Notes: generated from the sequence alone by a model not told the origin. Counted from the first letter of the stretch, positions 31,711 to 45,756 are shown. The stretch is DNA of 64,000 nucleotides from an uncultured Spirochaetota bacterium (GCA_963745235.1 CAVUXE010000073.1:1-64000), one strand, 5' to 3'. Made by a program: numbers and translations.

Positions 31711-33215
31711 GGTGCCCGTCGGTCGAAGATCCCCGGCTCATCGCTTCCTCATACGCGCGTTACCTGCACGACGAATCCAGCCTGAAGGCAGGCGTTCCAC
31801 GAAGAATCCTGTTCCCTTCCACTCTTGCAGAGCTTTCCTCTGCTCTCAGCGAGATGGCGGCGCGCCATGAGCCCGTGACCATTTCCGGTGCGCGAACGGG
31901 AATCGTCGGCGGCGCCGTGGTGGCAGGCGGGGAAAACCTCCTCTCCCTGGAGAAGCTCGTCTTTCCGTCGCGCCTTGCGTTCCAGGAACGTTTTGGCGCA
32001 TGGACCGTGAACGCAGCGCCCGGCATGACCCTCGATGCCCTTCGTGAAGAACTGGAGAAAGCGCCTGGCTCCCCCCTGTTTCCCGTTGACCCGACGGAAG
32101 CGGGGGCCAGCCTCGGCGGCATGGTTGCAACGAACGCAAGCGGAGCGCGCACGCTTCTTTATGGACCGACGCGCGCCTGGGTGGCCGGCCTCACGCTTGT
32201 CCTTGCCGACGGGACGATCCTGGAGCTTTCCCGCGGTGAAACACGCGCGAGAAGCGGGGAAATCATGGTCCAGGGCCGCCGCTTTCACGTGCCGTCCGTT
32301 CGCATCCCGCAGACGAAGCACGCCGTGGGATATCATGCCGGTCCCGATGTTGACGCAATCGACCTCTTCATTGGCGGTGAAGGGACCCTCGCTGTTGTCG
32401 CAGGGGTCGAGCTCCTGCTCACCGATGCTCCGCAAGCGGTCTGCGGAGTCGCTGCCTTCCTTCGACCGGGCGGCCGTGTGGAAGAGCTGGTCCGAAGCTT
32501 GAAACACGACGAGGTCGTGATCCCGCGAGCCCTCGAGTACATGGATTCGCACTCCATCGCCATCCTCGCGGCCCTTCGCAGGGAAGTCGGCCCCCGAAGC
32601 GGCTTGCCGGCGCTCCCGGGGGACGCCGACGGTCTGCTGTATGTCGAGTGCGCCGCGGAGAACGACCGGGAGGCAGGACGACGGCTGCTGAGGATCAGCG
32701 AGGTCCTCGCCGCCCACGATGTGCCTGCTGAGCGCACGTGGGCCGCCACCAGCAGAAGCGAGCTGGAAGAAATCCGCGGGATGAGGCATACGCTGCCGGA
32801 GAGGATCAACGCGCTGATCCTTCAACGGCGGGAGGAGGTCCCGGGGCTCACGAAGCTTGCCGCGGACTGCGCCGTGCCGGACGAAGCGCTGGACCGGATG
32901 ATGGCGGAGTATCGATCAGTCCTGGACAACGCCGGTCTGGAGCACGCCGTCTTCGGCCATATTGGAAACGCCCACCTTCACGTCAATATTCTCCCGCGAA
33001 ACGCGGGGGAGCTTGCGCGGGCAAAAGAAGCAGCGGCCAGCCTGGCTCGCACCGCCGTGGCTCTTGGTGGAAGCGTGTCCGGGGAGCATGGGATCGGAAA
33101 GCTGAAAAAAGGGCTGCTGGGCCTGCAGTACACGCCGCAGGAGCTCGACGGGCTTCGGTCCCTGAAAGACCAGCTGGATCCCGCTGGCCTGCTGAATCCG
33201 GGGGTGCTGTGGTAG
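31707..33215 (+). CDS. FAD-binding oxidoreductase (GlcD/D-lactate dehydrogenase-like)
   Basis: [43 protein letters not shown]. Confidence 0.88.
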   Translation: MRCPSVEDPRLIASSYARYLHDESSLKAGVPRRILFPSTLAELSSALSEMAARHEPVTISGARTGIVGGAVVAGGENLLSLEKLVFPSRLAFQERFGAWTVNAAPGMTLDALREELEKAPGSPLFPVDPTEAGASLGGMVATNASGARTLLYGPTRAWVAGLTLVLADGTILELSRGETRARSGEIMVQGRRFHVPSVRIPQTKHAVGYHAGPDVDAIDLFIGGEGTLAVVAGVELLLTDAPQAVCGVAAFLRPGGRVEELVRSLKHDEVVIPRALEYMDSHSIAILAALRREVGPRSGLPALPGDADGLLYVECAAENDREAGRRLLRISEVLAAHDVPAERTWAATSRSELEEIRGMRHTLPERINALILQRREEVPGLTKLAADCAVPDEALDRMMAEYRSVLDNAGLEHAVFGHIGNAHLHVNILPRNAGELARAKEAAASLARTAVALGGSVSGEHGIGKLKKGLLGLQYTPQELDGLRSLKDQLDPAGLLNPGVLW

Positions 33216-33232
33216 GGCCCCGCGGCCCCGGG

Positions 33233-35855
<2,623 letters not shown>

Positions 35856-35945
35856 CTGTATTTCTCCGGGGGAAATGCTTTTGTCACTAAGATACGGCAT
35901 GAAGCTCTGCCGGTCAAATGCGCGCAGCCCCGGGCCGGCGCGGAC

Positions 35946-36049
35946 GCCGCCGCACATGCCGCAGACGCGCATGCCGAAGGCGCGCGTGCGAAGACGCGCG
36001 TGCCGAAGACGCACATGCCGAAGACGCGCATGCCGAAGGCGCGCGTGCC
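35946..36049. repeat. Degenerate 15-bp tandem repeat, ~7 copies (GAAGACGCGCATGCC)
   Basis: Units start 35946, 35961, 35976, 35990, 36005, 36020, 36035; no spacers. Confidence 0.9.
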
Positions 36050-36073
36050 GCAGGCAGCCGCAGGCTGCCGGAT

Positions 36074-36102
36074 TTGACAGCCGGGAGGGCGCCTCCTATA
36101 CT
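36074..36102 (+). promoter_or_regulatory. sigma70 promoter, probably giving a leaderless GH1 mRNA
   Basis: TTGACA-17-TATACT, 6 nt before ATG36109. Confidence 0.75.
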
Positions 36103-36108
36103 GGGCCT

Positions 36109-37465
36109 ATGTCAGGAAGAGGCTTCCCGAAGGGGTTTCTCTGGGGAGCGGCCACGGCCGCCTATCAGATCGAAGGGGCTGCCCGGGAAGACGGCAAGGG
36201 AGAATCGATCTGGGACAGGTTCTGCCACACACCGGGGAAGATCGCGGACGGGGAGACGGGGGATGTCGCCTGCGACCATTACCACCGTTGGCGGGATGAC
36301 GTTGAAAACATGCGGGACCTGGGTCTCGGCTCGTACCGGTTTTCCGTCTCCTGGCCGCGCGTGCTGCCGTCCGGGCAGCGGCAAGGTGAACACCCGCGGG
36401 ATCGCATTCTATGAGACTCTCGTGGATGCCCTGCTTGCCGCCCGCATCGAGCCCGCCGTCACCCTCTATCACTGGGACCTGCCGCAGGCGCTCCAGGAGA
36501 AGGGAGGGTGGACAAACCACGACACCGCCTTCAGGTTCGCTGATTACGCCGAGCAGCTGTTCCTGAGGCTCGGCGACCGGGTGAAGACCTGGATCACCCT
36601 CAATGAGCCGCAAGTCTCTGCCTTTGCCGGCTACGGTGACGGCGTGCACGCCCCCGGGATCAGGGACCTCGGCCAGGCGGTGCAGGCATCTCACGTGCTC
36701 ATGGTAGCACATGCCCTCGCGGTGCAGGCCTATCGGGAGGAAAGCCCCGCGGCCCACAGGATCGGGATTACCCTGGACCTGCACCCCGTCTATCCCTGGA
36801 GCGACGGGACGTCGGACGCTGAGGCCGCGCGAGTGGCGGACGGCCGCGTGAACCGCTGGTTCCTGGATCCCGTCTTCCGCGGCGCCTATCCGAAGGATAT
36901 CCTTGCCCTTTTCGAAGCGGGCGGGGTGGCCCCGCGCGTGGAGGCAAAGGACCTTGTCCTGCTCTCCTCCCACCCCGTGGATTTCCTCGGCGTGAACTAC
37001 TACTTCCCGCTTCGGGTGCTTGCCAGTGACGCTGACCCCGTGCTCCATTTTGAGAGCGCCACGCACAAGGACCGGGAGAAGACCGAGATGGGATGGGAGG
37101 TCTATCCCGAAGGGCTCCACGACCTGCTCATCCGCCTGAAAGAAGACTACGGGAACCCGAGCATCATGATCACGGAAAACGGCGCTGCGCATCCGGACTC
37201 GGATGTCGTCAACGGCCAGGTCCAGGATGACGACAGGATCAGCTACATTCGCGGGCACCTGGAGCAGTCCCTGCGCGCAATCCAGAATGGCGTCAAGCTG
37301 GAGGGCTACTTCCTGTGGACGCTGCTGGACAACTTCGAGTGGGCTTTCGGGTTCAGCCGCAAGTTCGGAATCACGAGCCTTGACAGGCACTCATCGGGCA
37401 GGACCTGGAAAAAGAGCGCAGCCTGGTACCAGGAGACCATCGCCACAAACGGCGCGGCGCTCTGA
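36109..37465 (+). CDS. GH1 beta-glucosidase, one frameshift (~36375)
   Basis: [17 protein letters not shown] acid/base, ITENG nucleophile, DNFEW. Confidence 0.93.
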
Positions 37466-37513
37466 AGCGCTTGGCGCTGTCAACAGCGCGGCGCTCTGAG
37501 CGGCCCGGCCGGG

Positions 37514-38236
37514 CTAGAACGTTCTTTCCCCGAAGCTTTCCACGAGGTCTTTCACCTCTATCTGCCCCCTGATGCGGAAGGGCTCGCCGTACTTCTTTCC
37601 GATCAGGTGCCCGTAATGGGCCATGCGGGAGAAGAGCAGCTCCATGAAGTGCTCGCTCGCAATGAAGGTCGGGGGCTCCTGTCCCGCGAAGCCGGGGTTG
37701 TACACCTGCGTCCGGTAGGCCTGGAGGGCGCGGCGCTTGTCCTCGACGTGATCACTGATGTCGATGATGAAGCCGGGCTCGAACTCCCAGCTCGACATGT
37801 AATACACGAGCTCGGCCGGCCGGTGCGGCTTCTGTCCCGTGTCCAGCTTGGAAAGCCCCGAAAGGAACGCGGCCTCCTGCACGATCCGGGACGCCGCCCC
37901 ATGATCGGGATGCCTGTCCTCGATCCAGGGGAGCAGGACGATCCGCGGCTCGTGCTCCCGGATCTCCCGGACCACAGCCGCGCGCGCCTGCTCGTCCGGG
38001 CACAGGCGGCCGTCCGGCAGGGAGAGCATCTCGTGGTGTCGAACGCCCATCAGCTCGCCGGCCGCCGCGAACTCCCGGGCCCGCGTCTCAACGGTGCCGC
38101 GGGTCCCCATCTCCCCGCGCGTGAGGGAGATCACGCCGGTTGCACGGCCGCGTTTCGCGGCCTTGATCAGGGTGCCGCCGGCGGCGAGCTCCACATCGTC
38201 CGGATGCGCGCCAAAGGCCAGTATGTCGAGCTTCAC
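37514..38236 (-). CDS. bshB1: Bacillithiol biosynthesis deacetylase BshB1
   Basis: LDILAFGAHPDDVEL, LTRGEMGTRG, DRHPDH; overlaps bshC stop. Confidence 0.85.
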   Translation of the reverse strand: MKLDILAFGAHPDDVELAAGGTLIKAAKRGRATGVISLTRGEMGTRGTVETRAREFAAAGELMGVRHHEMLSLPDGRLCPDEQARAAVVREIREHEPRIVLLPWIEDRHPDHGAASRIVQEAAFLSGLSKLDTGQKPHRPAELVYYMSSWEFEPGFIIDISDHVEDKRRALQAYRTQVYNPGFAGQEPPTFIASEHFMELLFSRMAHYGHLIGKKYGEPFRIRGQIEVKDLVESFGERTF

Positions 38237-39861
38237 GCGTCTATCACCACGCCCCGGTGCTCGGGAGCAAACGGCTCGATGGCGGCCAGGGCCTGGTCGA
38301 GCACGCGGCCGCCGTAGCGCGCAAGGAACGGCAGCGCGGTCAGCGTTCTTTCCTGCAGGCCGCCGCGCGGAGCCAGCGCTGACGCCATGCGCTCCACCTG
38401 GCCGCGCAGGACCTCGTCCTTCCTGCGTGCCGCCTGCGTGATCTTCTTCTCGATGAAGTCGAACTGTTTCCTGCTCGCCGCCGCGGCGAGCTCCGCCGTC
38501 CTTCGAAGCGTCGGATCCAACCCTTCGATCTGCTCGATCAGGTCCTTCCAGATTTCAACAGCCTGGCTCCGCCGGTCGGCGAGCTTTTCGAACAGCGCCG
38601 GCGGGATTTCACGCTTCACGATGTCGTCCAGGACTTTTTCCCGTCGGGTCAGGACATCCTTGAGCGAGAGGCCGTGCTTTTCCATGAGCTTCTGATGACG
38701 CGCTTCGATCAGCGTGAGGGAGGCCCGGGGAAAAAGGACGGGCATCGGGATGCCCATTGCGCGGTAGGCGAGGGGGAGCTGGGCCCAGTAGGCTATCTCC
38801 GAAGGGCCAAGAACCATTGCGAGGGTTGGGAAGAGGGAGTCCTGGAACAGAGGGCGCAGCGCAGCGTTCGGGCTGAACCGCTCGGGGCTGTCCTTCAGGA
38901 GCGAGGTCAGGTCCCCGTTCGTGAACCTCCGCGCGGAGGCGCGAAGCTCGAACCCGTCCTCCCGTACGGCAATGGCCTCTCGAGCCGGGTTCTGGAAGAA
39001 CAGCGTCAGCATGCCGTCCCGCACCTCTATCTGCGGGGGATAGCCGGCCCGCTGGAGAAGCCGCGTCTGCTCCATCATGGCCCGGCTGACCGGGCTCTTC
39101 TCGGAGATTTCCCTCTCGAAGAGCGGAAGGGCGATCCTTTTCAGGCCGGAGTCAGCCGGATCCACAAGCACGAGTCCTTTGTCACTGAGCAGGGAAGCCA
39201 TCCAGGCTCCGAAAGCCGCGGGGTAGGAGCGCGCCGGCGCGTATGCCGCGCGCAGGTTCTGGAGCATTTCCTGGGCGAGCTCGCTTTCCGGAAGCGCCGC
39301 CGAGAGGTCTCCCAGCAATGCGCTGACTCCTTCTCCGAGCCTGACCTGGGACACGGGAAGCTTCGCGTTCTCATCCCCGGGGAGGCGAAGCTCGCGAAGC
39401 CGGCCATCACGATCCAGGACGCAGGCGCGATCCACCTCCGCCAGGTCGCTGTCCTCCGAGGCAATCCAGAAAACGGGGATGACGGGCTGGCCCAGCTGGC
39501 TCTCGAGGCGGGCGGCAAGGGAAAGCACAGTGAGGGCCTTGTGGACCGTGTACAGCGGTCCCCCGAACAGGCCCGCCTGCTGGCCGCCGATCACAACCGT
39601 GGCCCGGGGATCAGACAGCCTCGCGATATTGGCCATTGCGGCCGGCGCGGCGGAGAAGCGGCGGTTCTGCGCTTCCAGGATGGAACGCAGGGTGACGCGA
39701 TCATAGCGCCTGCCGGCCAGCTCATTTCGCTGTTCGACGAACGCCTGGGGATCACGGAACCATCGCGGCACCAGGGATCGAAACTTTTCGCTCCCCTCCC
39801 AGCAGTCGAGTATAAGGCTGCCCTCCGGCAGCAGCTCGCGCAGGGGAACTCCGTGGATCAT
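38233..39861 (-). CDS. bshC: Bacillithiol biosynthesis cysteine-adding enzyme BshC
   Basis: GQQAGLFGGPLYTVHK, PVFWIASEDSD, FSPNAALRP, GPSEIAYW, LQER. Confidence 0.92.
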   Translation of the reverse strand: MIHGVPLRELLPEGSLILDCWEGSEKFRSLVPRWFRDPQAFVEQRNELAGRRYDRVTLRSILEAQNRRFSAAPAAMANIARLSDPRATVVIGGQQAGLFGGPLYTVHKALTVLSLAARLESQLGQPVIPVFWIASEDSDLAEVDRACVLDRDGRLRELRLPGDENAKLPVSQVRLGEGVSALLGDLSAALPESELAQEMLQNLRAAYAPARSYPAAFGAWMASLLSDKGLVLVDPADSGLKRIALPLFEREISEKSPVSRAMMEQTRLLQRAGYPPQIEVRDGMLTLFFQNPAREAIAVREDGFELRASARRFTNGDLTSLLKDSPERFSPNAALRPLFQDSLFPTLAMVLGPSEIAYWAQLPLAYRAMGIPMPVLFPRASLTLIEARHQKLMEKHGLSLKDVLTRREKVLDDIVKREIPPALFEKLADRRSQAVEIWKDLIEQIEGLDPTLRRTAELAAAASRKQFDFIEKKITQAARRKDEVLRGQVERMASALAPRGGLQERTLTALPFLARYGGRVLDQALAAIEPFAPEHRGVVIDA

Positions 39862-39916
39862 GAAAGAATGCTACTCCGAAAGCGCGGGAAAGGGAAATGG
39901 GTCCGCTCTCTGCGCC

Positions 39917-41833
39917 CTACTTTTCAAACAGCGCGGTGATTTCCTTCCGGTACAGATCAGCGACCACGTGCCTCTTGACCGACGCCTTGGCGCTGAGCTC
40001 CACGCCCGTTTCGAAGTGCTTCGGGAGCAGCTTGAAGCGGAACACTCTTTCAAACTCCCGGAAGCCACGCTTGGCGTTCACCCGGGAATTGATCTCGTCA
40101 GAGATCAGCTCCTGGATCTGGGGGTTCTCCCGGAGGTCGTGCTTGGTGAGCCAGCTGATCTCCTGCTGCGCGGCGTACGCTTCCAGGGCCTCGTCGTTGG
40201 GCACCACGAGTGCCGCAAGGAACTTCTGGTCCTGTCCTACCACCATCACCTGGTCGATATAGTCGGACTCCAATATCGTGTCCTCGATGGGCACGGGCTC
40301 CACGTTCTCTCCGCCCAGGAGCACGATCGTCTCCTTGGTCCTTCCGATGATCTTGAGCTCTCCCCGATACGTCATCATGCCCAGGTCTCCCGTGTTGAGC
40401 CAGCCGTCAGGGGAAAGCACCTCCGCGGTCTTGTCCGGTCTCTTGTAGTAGCCTTTCATGACGTTCGGTCCACGGACGTGGATGACGCCCTTCTTTCCCG
40501 GCCCCACCGGGGCGCCGGAATCAGGATCGAGAAGCTTGATTTCCAGCTCGTCGAGAAGAGGGCCGATGGTTCCCGGCACGGGCTTTCTCTGCAGGCGAAC
40601 CGAGATCACGGGTGTCGTTTCCGTCAGGCCGTATCCTTCCAGCAGAAGCACGCCGACGGCCTGGAAGAACCTGTCCACGTGCGCCGGAAGGGCACCCCCG
40701 CCGGAGACGGTGAACCTGAACCTTCCTCCGAGACGCTGCTTGATCTTCTTGAAGACAAGGAGATCACCAAGGGCCTTGAACGGCCAGAGCAGGAGGAAAG
40801 GAAGGACGCCAAGAAGAAAATCTATGGTGCGGAATCTTCGCGTGAGCTGGGGATACAGGCCGCGTATGAGCGTGGTGGCCGTTGCATGGGCCTTGCCGAC
40901 CGCCACGAAGAAGTGAAAGAGGATCTTCTTGATTCCGCCTTCCTCGTTGACGTTGCGGTACACCGCCGAACGAACCCCTTCCCAGATGCGAGGCACCGAA
41001 GCCATGATTGTCGGCTTCACCGCGGCCATGTCAGCGAGCATGATCTTGCCCACGGGCTTCGAGTATGCAAGAGCGGTTCCATGGCTCAGGGCCAGGATGT
41101 TTATGATCCGCTCGAAAGAGTGCCATACCGGGAGGACGGCAAGGAACACGTCACCGGGGCCAATCTCTACGGCCTTGGGGACGGGCGTGCGCATGTTGTG
41201 AAGGAAGTTGGCATGAGTCAGCATGACTCCCTTGGGCTCTCCCGTCGTGCCCGAGGTGTAGATGATGGTTGCCAGGTCTTCCGGGCTGCCTTTCTCCATC
41301 TCCCGAACAAAGGCCGAGGGGTCCGCGGTGAGGAGTTTCCGGCCGTTGGACATGACGTCCATGAAGGGGACCACCTTCACTCCGCAGGCTGATTCTGGGA
41401 ACGCCTCCGGCTGGAAGTCCTCTTCCATGACGATGATTTTCCTGAGAAGCGGGAGATCACCCTTGCGGGAAAGTATCTTCTTCAGCTGCTCGGTGTTCTC
41501 CACGATGGCGAGCGCGCAATCCGCGTGGTGCAGGATGTATCTCGCCTCGTCCGCCATTGTGTCGGACCCGCGGGGAACGTCCGCGGCCCCGATCCCCTGG
41601 ATCCCGAGGTTGGCGAATATCCATTCCTTGCGGTTGTCAGAGATGACGCCGACGTGGTCTCCGCGCTTGACGCCGAAATCAAGAAGGCCCGCGCCGAAAC
41701 GCTCGAACTGGGAGGCGAGCTCCGTGAAGGTCAGGGACGCCCATTCGCCATTCCTGGTCTTGCTCATGAGAGCCGGCAAATCGGAAAAGCGTCGAGCAAC
41801 CGACCACATGGTCTTTACGACCGTGTTTTCCAT
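39917..41833 (-). CDS. Long-chain-fatty-acid--CoA ligase
   Basis: YTSGTTGEPKGV, EGYGLTET, TGDLG, GENVEP. Confidence 0.92.
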   Translation of the reverse strand: MENTVVKTMWSVARRFSDLPALMSKTRNGEWASLTFTELASQFERFGAGLLDFGVKRGDHVGVISDNRKEWIFANLGIQGIGAADVPRGSDTMADEARYILHHADCALAIVENTEQLKKILSRKGDLPLLRKIIVMEEDFQPEAFPESACGVKVVPFMDVMSNGRKLLTADPSAFVREMEKGSPEDLATIIYTSGTTGEPKGVMLTHANFLHNMRTPVPKAVEIGPGDVFLAVLPVWHSFERIINILALSHGTALAYSKPVGKIMLADMAAVKPTIMASVPRIWEGVRSAVYRNVNEEGGIKKILFHFFVAVGKAHATATTLIRGLYPQLTRRFRTIDFLLGVLPFLLLWPFKALGDLLVFKKIKQRLGGRFRFTVSGGGALPAHVDRFFQAVGVLLLEGYGLTETTPVISVRLQRKPVPGTIGPLLDELEIKLLDPDSGAPVGPGKKGVIHVRGPNVMKGYYKRPDKTAEVLSPDGWLNTGDLGMMTYRGELKIIGRTKETIVLLGGENVEPVPIEDTILESDYIDQVMVVGQDQKFLAALVVPNDEALEAYAAQQEISWLTKHDLRENPQIQELISDEINSRVNAKRGFREFERVFRFKLLPKHFETGVELSAKASVKRHVVADLYRKEITALFEK

Positions 41834-41981
41834 TCAGGCCTCTGTTTACTCAGATTTGCAGCAAAAAAACCTTACCATAGCCTGTCTATGCAATCAAGAA
41901 ATCTTTTGAAAGCTGCCGAGGGCTTTCCCAATCAGTACCTTATAGCTGGATTTTAACACCATTCAGACAGGAGGATTGCGC

Positions 41982-42671
41982 ATGGTGACTCTTCACTACT
42001 ACGGCCACGACTGCTGGGAAATCGATGATGGAACCCATCGCGTGCTCATCGATCCGTTCCTGGAAGGAAACCCCGAGGCCACCGCAAAGCCTGACTCGTT
42101 CACGAAGCTGGACGCCGTTCTCGTGACTCACGGCCATGGGGATCACCTCGGGGATGCCGCGGCTATCGCAAAGAAAACCGGCGCCATGGTCGTCTCCAAC
42201 GCCGAGATCGTCGGGTACCTCCAGGGAAAAGGCGCGGCCAACGGGCATCCCCTCCACATCGGCGGAGGCTGGCAGTTCCCCTTCGGCAACGTGAAGCTCA
42301 CGATCGCCCATCACGGCTCGACGGGACCCAACGGTGAAGCGCTGGGAAACCCTGTCGGGATACTCCTCACCATGGGCGGGAAGAAGGTCTACCACGCCGG
42401 GGACACGGGGTTGTTCCTGGACATGCAGCTCATTGGGGATGCCTGGGGGCCGCTGGATGTCGCGCTCCTGCCCATAGGAGACAATTTCACCATGGGCATA
42501 GAAGACGCGGTCAGGGCGGCCGGCTTCCTGAAGGCGAAAGTCTGCATCCCCATGCACTACAACACGTTCGACCTGATCAAAGCGGACCCGGCGGAGTTCG
42601 TCCGAAAGGCGGAGGCAAAAGGGCACCACGCAGTCGTCGTGGCGCCGGGAGGCACGTACACGGTCGCGTGA
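41982..42671 (+). CDS. Metallo-beta-lactamase-fold hydrolase (UPF0173-like)
   Basis: THGHGDH, HAGDT, LPIGDNFTMG, PMHY. Confidence 0.9.
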   Translation: MVTLHYYGHDCWEIDDGTHRVLIDPFLEGNPEATAKPDSFTKLDAVLVTHGHGDHLGDAAAIAKKTGAMVVSNAEIVGYLQGKGAANGHPLHIGGGWQFPFGNVKLTIAHHGSTGPNGEALGNPVGILLTMGGKKVYHAGDTGLFLDMQLIGDAWGPLDVALLPIGDNFTMGIEDAVRAAGFLKAKVCIPMHYNTFDLIKADPAEFVRKAEAKGHHAVVVAPGGTYTVA

Positions 42672-42701
42672 GCGCCGCTGCGTACATGGATGTACGAGCG
42701 G

Positions 42702-43004
42702 TCAGCCCTCGATAAACCTCGAAAGGAGTCTTCGGGCGTCTTCAAGTCCCCGGATGAACGCGGATCGCTCTTCCTCCCGCAGGGGCGCGTCCTTGGGCAT
42801 CCCGACGCGCCTTGAAAAGTCGAAGAACCTGATGGACTTGAACCTCCCGATCTGCTCCGACCCCTTCCCGAAGACTTCCTCGACGTTCTTTTCCGCTTTC
42901 TCTTTCCATTCCTTGAACTTCGACTCCTCGGGGTTGCGGGACCTCAGTCCGTTCAGGTCACTGATCAGTGACTGGATCTTGGACTTCTCTTCGGCCTTTA
43001 CCAT
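42702..43004 (-). CDS. Hypothetical 100-aa helical protein
   Basis: GGAGG RBS; FKEWK..VEEVFG..F..IRF..AFIRGL. Confidence 0.75.
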   Translation of the reverse strand: MVKAEEKSKIQSLISDLNGLRSRNPEESKFKEWKEKAEKNVEEVFGKGSEQIGRFKSIRFFDFSRRVGMPKDAPLREEERSAFIRGLEDARRLLSRFIEG

Positions 43005-43040
43005 AGAGTCCTCCCATCATGTGGCCTGGCGATGCCCTCA

Positions 43041-44252
43041 TTATAGCAGAACAGGCCTGTCTTCGACGATCCCCAGCGCGGCCCCCACGCGTACAAAAGC
43101 GCGGAGCGCCGTGAGCAGGTCCTCCCGCGTGTGCAGGGCGGAGAGCTGCACGCGGATGCGCGCCTGGCCCTTCGGGACCACGGGATAGCTGAACCCGATC
43201 ACGTAGATGCCCTCGTCGAGAAGCCGTCGCGCCATTTCGGCCGCCCGGTTCTCTTCGAAAAGCATGATGGGGACGATGGGGTGGGAGCCCGGCCTGACGT
43301 CGAACCCCGCGGCAGTGATCCCCGCGCGGAAGAGGCGCGCATTCTCCTCCAGCCTGTCCCGCAGCTCGGTGCTCTCTGTCAGGAGCTGCAGGACCGCAAG
43401 GGTCGTCGCTGCGACCATGGGCGCGAGGGAGTTGGAGAACAGGTACGGCCTGCTGCGCTGGCGCAGGAGCTGGACCATCTCCCGCCGGCCCGACACGCAG
43501 CCCCCCGTGGCGCCGCCGAGCGCCTTGCCGAACGTGGTGGTGATTGCATCGATGCGGCCCATCACGCCGAGATGCTCGGCCGTCCCGCGGCCCGTCCTGC
43601 CGACAAAGCCGGTCGCATGGCTGTCGTCCACCATGACGAGCGCGCCACGGCGCTCCGCGAGCTCGCAGATCTCCGGCAGCTTCGCGAAATCTCCATCCAT
43701 GGAGAAGACGCCGTCGGTCACCACCAGTCGCACGTCACAGCCGGAGGCCTCGGCAAGCTTGCGCTCCAGGTCCGCCATGTCGCCGTGCGCGTAGATGAAG
43801 CGGCGGGCCTTGCACAGCCGGGCCCCATCGATGATGGAGGCATGATTGAGCTGGTCCGTGATCAGGGCGCACTCATCGTCAAGCAGAGGCTCGAAGATCC
43901 CTCCGTTGGCATCGAAGCACGACGAGTAAAGGACGGTGTCCTCCGTCCCGAGGAACTCCGACATGCGAAGCTCAAGCTCCCGGTGGACCTCCTGCGTTCC
44001 GCAGATGAATCGCACCGAGGCCATCCCGTATCCCCACCTGTCCAGGGCCTGGTGGGCGGCTGCAATGACCGCCGGATGAGACGCCAGGCCGAGGTAATTG
44101 TTCGCGCAGAAGTTCAGGACCTCCCTGCCGGGGGCGACACGGATCCTGACTCCCTGCGGGCTGCCGATGATCCGCTCCTCTTTGAAGGTGCCCGCCCCGC
44201 GGATCCCCTCCACCGCCGCTGAAAGCCTCTGGCGCGTTTTCTGGTCAAGCAT
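43041..44252 (-). CDS. kbl: Glycine C-acetyltransferase
   Basis: [43 protein letters not shown]. Confidence 0.95.
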   Translation of the reverse strand: MLDQKTRQRLSAAVEGIRGAGTFKEERIIGSPQGVRIRVAPGREVLNFCANNYLGLASHPAVIAAAHQALDRWGYGMASVRFICGTQEVHRELELRMSEFLGTEDTVLYSSCFDANGGIFEPLLDDECALITDQLNHASIIDGARLCKARRFIYAHGDMADLERKLAEASGCDVRLVVTDGVFSMDGDFAKLPEICELAERRGALVMVDDSHATGFVGRTGRGTAEHLGVMGRIDAITTTFGKALGGATGGCVSGRREMVQLLRQRSRPYLFSNSLAPMVAATTLAVLQLLTESTELRDRLEENARLFRAGITAAGFDVRPGSHPIVPIMLFEENRAAEMARRLLDEGIYVIGFSYPVVPKGQARIRVQLSALHTREDLLTALRAFVRVGAALGIVEDRPVLL

Positions 44253-45294
44253 CCTGGCTGTCCTCCGCAATCTCAAGGACGACTTTTCCGCAGCTGCCCG
44301 ACTGCATCGCTTCGAAACCCCTGCGGAACTCCGCCAGCGGGAATCTATGGGTGAGGACTGCGGAGACGTCCAGCCCGCTCTGGAGCATTGTCTGCATCTT
44401 GTACCATGTCTCGAAGATCTCCCGTCCGTAGATCCCCTTGATGATCAGCCCCTTGAAGATCACCTGGTCCCAGCGTATTCCGGTCGAGTTGGGGAGGATC
44501 CCCAGGAGAGCGATGCGTCCCCCGTGGTACATGTTTTCCAGCATGGATTCGAAGGCCGCCCCGTTGCCCGACATTTCCAGGCCGATGTCGAACCCGATGA
44601 TCCCGAGCTCGTTCCGCGTTTCCGCGATGCTGGTCCGCGTGACGTTCACCGTCTTCGTGGCCCCCATGCGCGCAGCGAGCCCGAGCCGGTAGTCGTTGAC
44701 GTCGGTGACCACGATCCTCTGCGCCCCGCAGTGACGGCAGATGGCCGCGGCCATGACCCCGATGGGGCCGGCGCCGGTGATCAGGACGTCCTCCCCGACG
44801 AGGTCGAAAGAGAGGGCGGAATGTGTCGCGTTGCCAAGCGGGTCCAGGAAGGAGGCGATCTCCGAGGGGATGCGGGGATGGACGTGCCAGGCGTTGCCGG
44901 ACGGGAGGGAGAGGTACTCGGCAAAACAGCCGTCCCGGTTGACGCCGATCCCCACCGTGTTGGTGCACAGGTGCCTGCGGCCCGCCCGGCAGCTCCGACA
45001 GACGCCGCAGAAGATGTGCCCTTCACCCGAGACGCGCTCCCCGATCTCGTAGCCCCGTACGTTCGCCCCCATTGCGACGATCCTGCCGACGAACTCGTGG
45101 CCGATCGTCAGGGGAGGCTTGATGGTTCTCTGCGACCACTCGTCCCAGTTCCAGATATGGAGGTCCGTCCCGCAGATGGCGGCCTTTGCCACCCGCACGA
45201 GGAGATCGTTCCCGCCGATCTCGGGAATCGGGACCTCCTGCATCTCCAGGCCGGCACCGGCAGTCTTTTTCACAAGGGCTTTCATGGCCGTCAC
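44245..45294 (-). CDS. tdh: L-threonine 3-dehydrogenase
   Basis: ICGTD, GHE, GEGH..C..C..C, GIYGRE.FETW. Confidence 0.95.
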   Translation of the reverse strand: MTAMKALVKKTAGAGLEMQEVPIPEIGGNDLLVRVAKAAICGTDLHIWNWDEWSQRTIKPPLTIGHEFVGRIVAMGANVRGYEIGERVSGEGHIFCGVCRSCRAGRRHLCTNTVGIGVNRDGCFAEYLSLPSGNAWHVHPRIPSEIASFLDPLGNATHSALSFDLVGEDVLITGAGPIGVMAAAICRHCGAQRIVVTDVNDYRLGLAARMGATKTVNVTRTSIAETRNELGIIGFDIGLEMSGNGAAFESMLENMYHGGRIALLGILPNSTGIRWDQVIFKGLIIKGIYGREIFETWYKMQTMLQSGLDVSAVLTHRFPLAEFRRGFEAMQSGSCGKVVLEIAEDSQDA

Positions 45295-45704
45295 GCGTAT
45301 TTGCGGTTGATCAGCCAGAGCGCGGCAAGGATGATCACGTCCGCCGAGAGCCGGTTGAGCCAGATGATGAAGTCCGGCTCGAAGAGTCCCTGGGCAAAGA
45401 AGCCGATGACGATCTCCACGATCCAGAGGATCGCGATCACGACGGTCAGCCAGTAGATGAGCCGGCTTCGGACCGCGATGAAAAGGGCGCCGAAGACGAT
45501 CACCCCCGCCGCGAGCTGGACGATCGCAATGACGACGTTGACCGGATTGTTCGAGCCGCCGATGAGCCTCGTCAGGCCGCGGCCAAACTGGGACGCCTCG
45601 GAGCTCCAGTCAGCAATGCCAATGAGGCCAAGGGTGAAAAGAAAGAGCCCCACGACTATCTGCAGGACGCTCACTGCATCGAACGAAAGGGTTTTCCTGG
45701 TCAT
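45291..45704 (-). CDS. Hypothetical 4-TM membrane protein
   Basis: GAGGAGG RBS; four hydrophobic segments; overlaps tdh start. Confidence 0.75.
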   Translation of the reverse strand: MTRKTLSFDAVSVLQIVVGLFLFTLGLIGIADWSSEASQFGRGLTRLIGGSNNPVNVVIAIVQLAAGVIVFGALFIAVRSRLIYWLTVVIAILWIVEIVIGFFAQGLFEPDFIIWLNRLSADVIILAALWLINRKYA

Positions 45705-45756
45705 TGTATCCTCCTCAGCCTGAGAAGTGTATCCTGCCCAGGCACTCCGTTCCAGT

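Noticed and set aside
35856-35945. CIRCE operator upstream of clpB
   Set aside because: TTAGCACTC-N9-GAGTGCTAA not present
35946-36049. Possible CRISPR array or repeat-encoded peptide
   Set aside because: 15-bp adjacent units with no unique spacers, no cas genes; ORFs crossing it are extensions of clpB or GH1 frames upstream of their real starts
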